From the NCBI GenBank assembly GCA_964016885.1, contig OZ024740.1:295864001-295928000 (forward strand): a stretch of DNA of 64,000 nucleotides. The letters are read 5' to 3'. Made by a program: the position numbers and the translations under genes. Positions 29,024 to 42,500 of the stretch are shown piece after piece (position 1 is the stretch's first letter; each line of letters starts with the position of its first letter). The notes under the pieces are model-generated. The model did no database searches and had not been told where the DNA came from. It saw only the letters and a program-made list of their open reading frames with translations. The stretch is from Eledone cirrhosa (lineage: Eukaryota).

Positions 29024-32000
29024 ATATATAATATAGATAGTGAGCGTAACTGAGAATATATTATATAGACAGTGAGTGTACCTAAGAATATATTATATAG
29101 ACAGTGAGTGTACCTAATAAAATATTATATAGAGAGTGAGTGTACCTAAGAATATATTACATAGACAGTGATTGTACCTAAGAATATATTATATAGGCAC
29201 TGAATGGACCTGAGAATATATTATCTAGACAATAAGTGTACCTAAGGATATATTATATAGAGAGTGAGTGCACTGAGAATATATTATATAGACAGTGAGT
29301 GTACCTAAGAATATATTATATAGACAGTGAATGTATCCAAGAATATATTATATAGATAGTGAGTGTATCTGAGAATATATTATATAGACAGTGAGTGTAC
29401 ATAAGAATATATTATATAGACAGTAAATGTACCTAAGAATATATTATATAGATAGTGAGTGTATCTAAGAATATATTATATAGATAGTGAGTGTATCTAA
29501 GAATATATTATATAGACAGTGAGTGTACCTAAGAATATATTATATAGACAGTGAGTGTACCTAAGAATATATTATATAGACAGTGAGTGTATCTAAGAAT
29601 ATATTATATAGACAGTGAGTGTACCTAGGAATATATTATATAGACAGTGAGTGTACCTATGCATATATTATATAGACAGTGAGTGTACCTAAGATTATAT
29701 TATATAGACAGTGAGTGTAACTAAGAATATATTATATAGACAGTGAGTGTACCCGAGAATATATTATATAGACAGTGATTGTACCTAAGAATATATTATA
29801 TAGACAGTGAGTGTACCTAACAATATATTATATAGACAGTGAGTGTACCTAAGAATATATTATATAGAAAGTGAGTGTACCAAACAATATATTATATAGA
29901 CAGTGAGTGTACCTAAGAATATATTATATAGAGAGTGAGTGTACCTAAGAATATATTATATAGACAGTGATTGTACCTAAGAATATATTATATAGACAGT
30001 GAGTGTACCTAAGAATATATTATATAGACAGTGAGTGTACCTAGGAATATATCATATAGACAGTGAGTGTACCTAAGCATATATTATATAGACAGTGAGT
30101 GTACCTAAGATTATATTATATAGACAGTGAGTGTAACTAAGAATATATTATATAGACAGTGAGTGTATTCGAGAATATATTATATAGACAGTGAGTGTAC
30201 TGAATATATATTATATAGACAATGAGTGTACCTAAGAATATATTATATAGACAGTGAGTGTACCTAACAATATATTATATAGACAGTGAGTGTACCTAAG
30301 AATATATTATATAGACAGCCAGTGTACTGAATATATATTATATATACAATGAGTGTACCTAAGAATATATTATATAGACAGTGAGTGTACCTAAGAATAT
30401 ATAATATAGACAGTGAGTGTACCTAAGAATATATTATATAGACAGTGAGTTTACCTAAGAATATATTATATAGACAGTGAGTGTTCCTAAGAATATATTA
30501 TATAGACAGTGAGTGTACTGAATATATATTATATAGACAATGAGTGTACCTAAGAATATATTATATAGACAATGAGTGTACCTAACAATATATTATATAG
30601 ACAGTGAGTGTACCTAAGAATATATTATATAGACAGCCAGTTTACTGAATATATATTATATATACAATGAGTGTAACTAAGAATATATTATATAGACAGT
30701 GAGTGTACCTAAGAATATATAATATAGACAGTGAGTGTACCTAAGAATATATTATATAGACAGTGAGTGTACCTAAGAATATATTATATAGACAGTGAGT
30801 GTTCCTAAGAATATATTATATAGACAGTGAGTGTACTGAATATATATTATATAGACAATGAGTGTACCTAAGAATATATTATATAGACAGTGAGTGTACC
30901 TAACAATATATTATATAGACAGTGAGTGTACCTAAGAATATATTATATAGACAGCCAGTGTACTGAATATATATTATATATACAATGAGTGTACCTAAGA
31001 ATATATTATATAGACAGTGAGTGTACCTAAGAATATATAATATAGATAGTGAGCGTAACTGAGAATATATTATATAGACAGTGAGTGTACCTAAGAATAT
31101 ATTATATAGACAGTGAGTGTACCTAATAAAATATTATATAGAGAGTGAGTGTACCTAAGAATATATTACATAGACAGTGATTGTACCTAAGAATATATTA
31201 TATAGGCACTGAATGGACCTGAGAATATATTATCTAGACAATAAGTGTACCTAAGGATATATTATATAGAGAGTGAGTGCACTGAGAATATATTATATAG
31301 ACAGTGAGTGTACCTAAGAATATATTATATAGACAGTGAATGTATCCAAGAATATATTATATAGATAGTGAGTGTATCTGAGAATATATTATATAGACAG
31401 TGAGTGTACATAAGAATATATTATATAGACAGTAAATGTACCTAAGAATATATTATATAGATAGTGAGTGTATCTAAGAATATATTATATAGATAGTGAG
31501 TGTATCTAAGAATATATTATATAGACAGTGAGTGTACCTAAGAATATATTATATAGACAGTGAGTGTACCCGAGAATATATTATATAGACAGTGATTGTA
31601 CCTAAGAATATATTATATAGACAGTGAGTGTACCTAACAATATATTATATAGACAGTGAGTGTACCTAAGAATATATTATATAGAAAGTGAGTGTACCAA
31701 ACAATATATTATATAGACAGTGAGTGTACCTAAAAATATATTATATAGACAGTGAGTGTACCTAAGAATATATTATATAGAGAGTGAGTGTACCTAAGAA
31801 TATATTATATAGACAGTGATTGTTCCTAAGAATATATTATATAGACAGTGAGTGTACCTAAGAATATATTATATAGACAGTGAGTGTACCTAGGAATATA
31901 TCATATAGACAGTGAGTGTACCTAAGCATATATTATATAGACAGTGAGTGTACCTAAGATTATATTATATAGACAGTGAGTGTAACTAAGAATATATTAT

Positions 32001-33929
32001 ATAGACAGTGAGTGTATTCGAGAATATATTATATAGACAGTGATTGTACCTAAGAATATATTATATAGACAGTGAGTGTACCTATCAATATATTATATAG
32101 ACAGTGAATGTACCTAAGAATATATTATATAGAGAGTGAGTGTACCTAAGAATATATTATATAGACAGTGAGTGTACCTAAGAATATATTATATAGACTG
32201 TGAGTGTACCTAAGAATATATTATATAGACAGTGATTGTACCTAAGAATATATTATATAGACAGTGAGTGTACCTGAAAATATATATTATATAGACTGTG
32301 AGTGTATCTAAGAATATATTATATAGACAGTGAATGTATTCAAGAATATATTATATAGATAGTGAGTGTATCTGAGAATATATTATATAGACAGTGAGTG
32401 TACATAAGAATATATTATATAGACAGTGAGTGTACCTAATAATATATTATATAGACAGTGATTGTACCTAAGAATATATTATATAGGCACTGAATGGACC
32501 TGAGAATATATTATCTAGACAATAAGTGTACCTAAGGATATATTATATAGAGAGTGAGTGTACTGAGAATATATTATATAGACAGTGAATGTATCCAAGC
32601 ATATATTATATAGACAGTGAGTGTACCTGAGAATATATTATATAGACAGTGAGTGTACCTAAGAATATATTATATAGATAGTGAGTGTATCCAAGAATAT
32701 ATTATATAGACAGTGAGTGTACCTGAAAATATATATTATATAGACAGTGAGTGTACCTAAGAATATATTATATAGACAGTGAATGTATCCAAGAATATAT
32801 TATATAGATAGTGAGTGTATCTGAGAATATATTATATAGACAGTGAGTGTACATAAGAATATATTGTATAGATAGTGAGTGTATCCAAGAATATATTATA
32901 TAGACAGTGAGTGTACCTGAGAATATATTATATAGACAGTGAGTGTACCTAAGAATATATTATATAGACAGTGAATGTATTCAAGAATATATTATATAGA
33001 TAGTGAGTGTATCTGAGAATATATTATATAGACAGTGAGTGTACATAAGAATATATTATATAGACAGTGAGTGTACCTAAGAATATATTATATAGATAGT
33101 GAGTGTATCTAAGAATATATTATATAGATAGTGAGTGTATCTAAGAATATATTATATAGACAGTGAGTGTACCTAAGAATATATTATATAGACAGTGAGT
33201 GTAGCTAAGAATATATTATATAGACAGTGAGTGTACCTAAGAATATATTATATAGACATTGAGTGTACCTAGGAATATATTATATAGACAGTGAGTGTAC
33301 CTAAGCATATATTATATAGACAGTGAGTGTACCTAAGATTATATTATATAGACAGTGAGTGTAACTAAGAATATATTATATAGACAGTGAGTGTACCCGG
33401 GAATATATTATATAGACAGTGATTGTACCTAAGAATATATTATATAGACAGTGAGTGTACCTAACAATATATTATATAGACAGTGAGTGTACCTAAGAAT
33501 ATATTATATAGAAAGTGAGTGTACCAAACAATATATTATATAGACAGTGAGTGTACCTAAGAATATATTATATAGACAGTGAGTGTACCTAAGAATATAT
33601 TATATAGAGAGTGAGTGTACCTAAGAATATACTATATAGACAGTGAGTGTACCTAAGAATATATTATATAGACAGTGAGTGTACCTAAGATTATATTATA
33701 TAGACAGTGAGTGTACCTAGGAATATATCATATAGACAGTGAGTGTACCTAAGAATATATTATATAGAGTGTGAGTGTTCCTAAGAATATATTATATAGA
33801 CAGTGAGTGTACTGAATATATATTATATAGACAATGAGTGTACCTAAGAATATATTATATAGACAGTGAGTGTACCTGAGAATATATTATATAGACAGTG
33901 AGTGTACCTAAGAATATATTATATAGATA
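29023..33929. repeat. 32-bp satellite, segment 2
   Basis: Same monomer and orientation, between retrotransposon copies 1 and 2. Confidence 0.97.
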
Positions 33930-36587
33930 TGTTTCTTTTATTTGCCACTAGGGCATCAAAAGTGGGACAAGTACAAAGGGGGGAGTTTACACAAAAAGGC
34001 GTCCTCAATAAGGAGGAGGCAATAACAAAATATAAAAATAAAATAAGATATAACAAAAAATAAAATTTTTAACAAAATCCTCAATAGAGAGGAGGCGCCT
34101 TGGGGGGTCGCACACACCCCCGAAAAAAGTGTGCAACCCTTCTCCTCAGGAGCACAGAGAAGGGGTGCTCCCTTGGTCTTTCATCTTCCTCACCTATAGT
34201 CTGATGTAGAGTGAAGGCCCATTCACACGGGCCATTCTCGCCACTTTCACCCATCTTTCATAGAAACGGCTGGGGTGCAGCACCTCTCTCTCCATCCTGA
34301 TCCTTCTTCCGAAATGATATCGGAAGAAACGGACCAGTTGTTGGCCAGAGAGAAAGGTGCCTGACCTCAGTCCTTTCAGACGCGTCCACCATACAACCTC
34401 TTTCGCCATGGCTATTACGCACAGAAACACCGCCTCTGCTTCATCTTTGAAGGGGGGAGGCGGCTTGATCATTACAATAGACTCGGTGGTCAACCGGATC
34501 GGTCCCACCCTTGACAGCAGTTGTTCGACATAGCCCCACAGATCGGCTACGCCCGAGCAGTGTACCAATGCGTGTGCAACGGTTTCCTCGTCGCACACGC
34601 ATCTGGGACAGATCTTTTTGGCGGGGTCCCTACCCGGACGCCCGTGTCTGTAGAGCCTTTCTCGAACGGGTAAAGCCCCTCGGTAGCACTGCCAGTCCAG
34701 GGACTTCTGGAAGTTGTCCATAGGTCCCGGGCTGAATGTCCTACCGAACAGGCTGGCCAGTTCGTCCTCCTCCATGTCTAGGGCTTCTCCGAGGGCGTCG
34801 TCGCACCTGCTGCGTACCAGCCCTCTATAGAATGTTGCGGTGGAGTCTCCACTGATAACCGGATCCGCCTGCCAGAGGGCGGTGAGCGCCTGGGCACACT
34901 CAGTGTGCCAGGCGCCCAGTTTTCTCGGTCTTTGCTTGACCCAGGATTGCAGCTCGGTGAGTGAGACGAGTCTGGGAAAGGTTCGTCTCACAAACGAGGC
35001 CCACACCGGTTGTCCGGTGAGGGATACGTAGAGGTGCCGTAGCCTTAATGCGTGTTTACGCATCATTAGCCACGGCATCCCCAGCCCTCCTTTCGAAGGG
35101 TGTTGACAGCAGATGGATCTCCTCACCATAGGAGCCCGCCTCTTCCAAAGGAATTGGAAGAGCGCGCGCTCCATCTTGGTGAGGGTTTCCCTTGGGCAGG
35201 GCACTACGGTCAGGCGGTAGTAGATGACGGACGCTATGTAGGTGTTCGCCACCTCCGCCCGACCTTTCAGGGATAGTTTGCAACTGGCCCACTTCTGGGT
35301 CAGTGCAAACACCCTGTTCGTAACCTCCGCCCAGTTTTTCTCCACCTGGAGGTCCGGTCCGAACCAGACCCCGAGCAACTTCACCGGGCCCTCCGTCCAG
35401 CGTCCGACGACGCCATCGGAGGGCATCGGTCTGCCCCTCCACGTGCCGAGTTGCAAACCGATCGACTTGTCCCGGTTCAGCTTAGCCCCTGTGAACTTTT
35501 CGTACTCCTCCAGTAAGGTGCCGACCGCCTCGATTTCGGAGGCCGTCGACACCATTACTGTCACGTCATCGGCGTAGGCCGACACCGCTTTCCGCAATCC
35601 CGGTTCCAAAGGGATGCCCTGCAACAACTCCAACTTCCGCAGTAGTGGCTCGAGAGTCAACACATACAGAAGGGAGGAGAGAGGGCACCCTTGTCGGATG
35701 GATCGCGCGATTTTGAACGGCTCCGAGAGGTAGCCGTTCACATTGACCCTAGAGCAGATGCGGCTGCTGTGCATAGCAGTGATCCAGCCCCTGAAAACGG
35801 GTCCGAAGCCTGCCGCCGCTAGCACCGCATCCAGGTAACCATGGTCGACCCTATCGAACGCCTTAGATTGATCCAAGTTGATTAGAGCCCCACCAAAGCC
35901 GGGTTCGTTCCCAACCCTCTCTATGATGTATCGCATGAGGTGGAGGTTGTCATGGATGGACCTGGACGGGATAGCGCATGTCTGCGCATCTCCCACCAGG
36001 TTGCCCACGACAAGCGCCAACCTCTTTGCTAGCACCTTGGCCAAAATCTGTAACTCTGTATTTAGCAGTGTTATGGGCCTGAAGTTACTTATTTCGTCCC
36101 CCTTGTTCTCGTCCTTCCTCACTAGCGTGACTACGCCCTTGGTCACAGTACAGGGAATTCTCCCGTTCTGTTGCCAGTTGCAGTAGACCGCCTCGAGGAG
36201 ATCGGGGAACAAGTCCGGCATAGCTAGATATAATTCGTAAGGAAGACCATCGAGACCCGGGGATTTGCGTTTGCCGCATTGGCTCAGCACGTCCTCTATC
36301 TCAGCGGCCGAAATCGGCTCCTCGCAGGACTTCGCCTCCCTGTCCGAGAGGCGCGGCAGGCCGTCGAGGTATGGACCGAAGTCCACGTTCCCGACCGGCT
36401 CCCCGCCCATCCCGAACAGTCGGGCAAAGTGCCTTTGAAAGGCCTCACACATCTGCTTAGGCTCAAGAATAACCGTCCATCCAGGTCTCGCAAAGACCGG
36501 ATGGTGGATTTAGTTCCACTGTTGGCCTCTGTCACGCGGGCCCAGCTAACAGCTTTGGTCCCCTCGTTCCCTAGAGCACGTATTTTA
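33930..36587 (-). mobile_element. Tx1-like retrotransposon, copy 2, 5'-truncated within ORF2 (about 2.66 kb)
   Basis: Same 3' end as the other copies. Truncated at ...CTAGAGCACGTATTTTA. 13-bp TSD TATTATATAGATA at 33917-33929 and 36586-36598. Confidence 0.96.
34194..36587 (-). pseudogene. Truncated ORF2 (RT and zinc finger; endonuclease lost) with a frameshift near 36471
   Basis: 752-aa frame with YADD and about 5 substitutions relative to copies 1 and 3. AAGAATAACCGTCC replaces AAGAATCGCCCGTCC, a net 1-bp loss. Confidence 0.9.
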
Positions 36588-39500
36588 TTATATAGATAGT
36601 GAGTGTATCTAAGAATATATTATATAGATAGTGAGTGTACCTAAGAATATATTATATAGACAGTGAGTGTACCTAAGAATATATTATATAGACAGTGAGT
36701 GTACCTAAGAATATATTATATAGACAGTGAGTGTACCTAAGAATATATTATATAGACAGTGAGTGTACCAAGGAATATATCATATAGACAGTGAGTGTAC
36801 CTAAGCATATATTATATAGACAGTGAGTGTACCTAAGATTATATTATATAGACAGTGAGTGTAACTAAGAATATATTATATAGACAGTGAGTGTACCTGA
36901 GAATATATTATATAGACAGTGATTGTACCTAAGAATATATTATATAGACAGTGAGTGTACCTAACAATATATTATATAGACAGTGAGTGTTCCTAAGAAT
37001 ATATTATATAGAAAGTGAGTGTACCAAACAATATATTATATAGACAGTGAGTGTACCTAAGAATATATTATATAGACAGTGAGTGTGCCTAAGAATATAT
37101 TATATAGAGAGTGAGTGTACCTAAGAATATATTATATAGACAGTGAGTGTACCTAAGAATATATTATATAGACAGTGATTGTACCTAAGAATATATTATA
37201 TAGACAGTGAGTGTACCTGAAAATATATATTATATAGACAGTGAGTGTACCTAAGAAAATATTATATAGACAGTGAATGTATCCAAGAATATATTATATA
37301 GATAGTGAGTGTATCTGAGAATATATTATATAGACAGTGAGTGTACATAAAAATATATTATATAGATAGTGAGTGTATCCAAGAATATATTATATAGACA
37401 GTGAGTGTACCTGAAAATATATATTATATAGACAGTGAGTGTACCTAAGAATATATTATATAGACAGTGAATGTATCAAAGAATATATTATATAGATAGT
37501 GAGTGTATCTGAGAATATATTATATAGACAGTGAGTGTACATAAGAATATATTATATAGATAGTGAGTGTATCCAAGAATATATTATATAGACAGTGAGT
37601 GTACCTGAGAATATATTATATAGACAGTGAGTGTACCTAAGAATATATTATATAGACAGTGAATGTATCCAAGAATATATTATATAGATAGTGAGTGTAT
37701 CTGAGAATATATTATATAGACAGTGAGTGTACATAAGAATATATTATATAGACAGTGAGCGTACCTACGAATATATTATATAGATAGTGAGTGTACCTGA
37801 GAATATATTATATAGACAGTGAGTGTACCTAAGAATATATTATATAGAGTGTGAGTGTTCCTAAGAATATATTATATAGACAGTGAGTGTACTGAATATA
37901 TATTATATAGACAATGAGTGTACCTAAGAATATATTATATATACAGTGAGTGTACCTAAGAATATATTATATAGACAGTGAGTGTACCTAAGAATATATT
38001 ATATAGACAGTGAGTGTACCTAAGAATATATTATATAGACAGTGAGTGTACCTAAGAATATATTATATAGAGTGTGAGTGTTCCTAAGAATATATTATAT
38101 AGACAGTGAGTGTACTGAATATATATTATATAGACAATGAGTGTACCTAAGAATATATTATATAGACAGTGAGTGTACCTAACAATATATTATATAGACA
38201 GTGAGTGTACCTAAGAATATATTATATAGACAGCCAGTGTACTGAATATATATTATATATACAATGAGTGTACCTAAGAATATATTATATAGACAGTGAG
38301 TGTACCTAAGAATATATTATATAGACAGTGAGTGTACCTAAGAATATATTATATAGACAGTGAGTGTAACTAAGAATATATTATATAGACAGTGAGTGTT
38401 CCTAAGAATATATTATATAGACAGTGAGTGTACTGAATATATATTATATAGACAATGAGTGTACCTAAGAATATATTATATAGACAGAGAGTGTACCTAA
38501 GAATATATTATATAGATAGTGAGCGTACCTGAGATTATATTATATAGACAGTGAGTGTACCTAAGAATATATTATATAGACAGTGAGTGTACCTAATAAA
38601 ATATTATATAGAGAGTGAGTGTACCTAAGAAAATATTACATAGACAGTGAGTGTACCTGACAATATATTATATAGATAGTGAGTGTACCTAAGAATATAT
38701 TATATAGACAGTGAGTGTAACTAATAATATATTATATAGACAGTGATTGTACCTAAGAATATATTATATAGGCACTGAATGGACCTGAGAATATATTATC
38801 TAGACAATAAGTGTACCTAAGGATATATTATATAGAGAGTGAGTGTACTGAGAATATATTATATAGACAGTGAATGTATCCAAGAATATATTATATAGAC
38901 AGTGAGTGTACCTGAGAATATATTATATAGACAGTGAGTGTACCTAAGAATATATTATATAGATAGTGAGTGTATCCAAGAATATATTATATAGACAGTG
39001 AGTGTACCTGAAAATATATATTATATATACAGTGAGTGTACCTAAGAATATATTATATAGACAGTGAATGTATCCAAGAATATATTATATAGATAGTGAG
39101 TGTATCTGAGAATATATTATATAGACAGTGAGTGTACATAAGAATATATTATATAGATAGTGAGTGTATCCAAGAATATATTATATAGACAGTGAGTGTA
39201 CCTGAGAATATATTATATAGACAGTGAGTGTACCTAAGAATATATTATATAGACAGTGAATGTATCCAAGAATATATTATATAGATAGTGAGTGTATCTG
39301 AGAATATATTATATAGACAGTGAGTGTACATAAGAATATATTATATAGACAGTGAGTGTACCTAAGAATATATTATATAGATAGTGAGTGTATCTAAAAA
39401 TATATTATATAGATAGTGAGTGTATCTAAGAATATATTATATAGACAGTGAGTGTACCTAAGAATATATTATATAGGCAGTGAGTGTACCTAAGAATATA

Positions 39501-42500
39501 TTATATAGACAGTGAGTGTAACTAAGAATATATTATATAGACAGTGAGTGTACCCGAGAATATATTATATAGACAGTGATTGTACCTAAGAATATATTAT
39601 ATAGACAGTGAGTGTACTGAGAATATATTATATAGACAGTGAGTGTACCTAAGAATATATTATATAGAAAGTGAGTGTACCAAACAATATATTAAATAGA
39701 CAGTGAGTGTACCTATGAATATATTATATAGACAGTGAGTGTACTGAGAATATATTATATAGACAGTGAATGTATCCAAGAATATATTATATAGACAGTG
39801 AGTGTACCTGAGAATATATTATATAGACAGTGAGTGTACCTAAGAATATATTATATAGATAGAGAGTGTATCCAAGAATATATTATATAGACAGTGAGTG
39901 TACCTGAAAATATATATTATATAGACAGTGAGTGTACCTAAGAATATATTATATAGACAGTGAATGTATCCAAGAATATATTATATAGATAGTGAGTGTA
40001 TCTGAGAATATATTATATAGACAGTGAGTGTACATAAGAATATATTATATAGATAGTGAGTGTATCCAAGAATATATTATATAGACAGTGAGTGTACCTA
40101 AGAATATATTATATAGACAGTGAATGTATCCAAGAATATATTATATAGATAGTGAGTGTATCTGAGAATATATTATATAGACAGTGAGTGTACAAAAGAA
40201 TATATTATATAGACAGTGAGTGTACCTAAGAATATATTATATAGATAGTGAGTGTATCTAAGAATATATTATATAGATAGTGAGTGTATCTAAGAATATA
40301 TTATTTAGACAGTGAGTGTACCTAAGAATATATTATATAGACAGTGAGTGTACCTAAGAATATATTATATAGAGAGTGAGTGTACCTAAGAATATATTAT
40401 ATAGACAGTGAGTGTACCTAAGAATATATTATATAGACAGTGAGTGTACCTAAGAATATATTATATAGACAGTGATTGTACCTAAGAATATATTATATGG
40501 ACAGTGAGTGTACCTGAAAATATATATTATATAGACAGTGAGTGTACCTAAGAATATATTATATAGAGAGTGAATGTATCCAAGAATATATTATATAGAT
40601 AGTTAGTGTATCTGAGAATATATTATATAGACAGTGAGTGTACATAAGAATATATTATATAGATAGTGAGTGTATCCAAGAATATATTATATAGACAGTG
40701 AGTGTACCTGAAAATATATATTATATAGACAGTGAGTGTACCTAAGAATATATTATATAGACAGTGAATGTATCAAAGAATATATTATATAGATAGTGAG
40801 TGTATCTGAGAATATATTATATAGACAGTGAGTGTACATAAGAATATATTATATAGATAGTGAGTGTATCCAAGAATATATTATATAGACAGTGAGTGTA
40901 CCTGAGAATATATTATATAGACAGTGAGTGTACCTAAGAATATATTATAAAGACAGTGAATGTATCCAAGAATATATTATATAGATAGTGAGTGTATCTG
41001 AGAATATATTATATAGGCAGTGAGTGTACATAAGAATATATTATATAGACAGTGAGCGTACCTACGAATATATTATATAGATAGTGAGTGTACCTGAGAA
41101 TATATTATATAGACAGTGAGTGTACCTAAGAATATATTATATAGAGTGTGAGTGTTCCTAAGAATATATTATATAGACAGTGAGTGTACTGAATATATAT
41201 TATATAGACAATGAGTGTACCTAAGAATATATTATATAGACAGTGAGTGTACCTAAGAATATATTATATAGACAGTGAGTGTACCTAAGAATATATTATA
41301 TAGACAGTGAGTGTACCTAAGAATATATTATATAGACAGTGAGTGTACCTAAGAATATATTATATAGAGTGTGAGTGTTCCTAAGAATATATTATATAGA
41401 CAGTGAGTGTACTGAATATATATTATATAGACAATGAGTGTACCTAAGAATATATTATATAGACAGTGAGTGTACCTAACAATATATTATATAGACAGTG
41501 AGTGTACCTAAGAATATATTATATAGACAGCCAGTGTACTGAATATATATTATATATACAATGAGTGTACCTAAGAATATATTATATAGACAGTGAGTGT
41601 ACCTAAGAATATATTATATAGACAGTGACTGTACCTAAGAATATATTATATAGACAGTGAGTGTTCCTAAGAATATATTATATAGACAGTGAGTGTACTG
41701 AATATATATTATATAGACAATAAGTGTACCTAAGAATATATTATATAGACAGAGAGTGTACCTAAGAATATATTATATAGATAGTGAGCGTACCTGAGAT
41801 TATATTATATAGACAGTGAGTGTACCTAAGAATATATTATATAGACAGTGAGTGTACCTAATAAAATATTATATAGAGAGTGAGTGTACCTAAGAATATA
41901 TTACATAGACAGTGAGTGTACCTGACAATATATTATATAGACAGTGATTGTACCTAACAATATATTATACAGGCACTGAATGGACCTGAGAATATATTAT
42001 CTAGACAATAAGTGTACCTAAGGATATATTATATAGAGAGTGAGTGTACTGAGAATATATTATATAGACAGTGAATGTATCCAAGAATATATTATATAGA
42101 CAGTGAGTGTACCTGAGAATATATTATATAGACAGTGAGTGTACCTAAGAATATATTATATAGATAGTGAGTGTATCCAAGAATATATTATATAGACAGT
42201 GAGTGTACCTGAAAATATATATTATATAGACAGTGAGTGTACCTAAGAATATATTATATAGACAGTGAATGTATCCAAGAATATATTATATAGATAGTGA
42301 GTGTATCTGAGAATATATTATATAGACAGTGAGTGTACATAACAATATATTATATAGATAGTGAGTGTATCCAAGAATATATTATATAGACAGTGAGTGT
42401 ACCTGAGAATATATTATATAGACAGTGAGTGTACCTAAGAATATATTATATAGACAGTGAATGTATCCAAGAATATATTATATAGATAGTGAGTGTATCT

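Larger units (their letters stand above)
23834..29025 (-). mobile_element. Tx1-like (L1 superfamily) non-LTR retrotransposon, copy 1, 5'-truncated within ORF1 (about 5.2 kb)
   Basis: Colinear with copy 3 at offset 29279 up to GGCGAAGGAGAAAT. 17-bp TSD AATATATAATATAGATA at 23817-23833 and 29023-29039 carries a rare T>A satellite variant on both sides. 3-nt microhomology (AAT) at the 5' junction. Confidence 0.96.
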
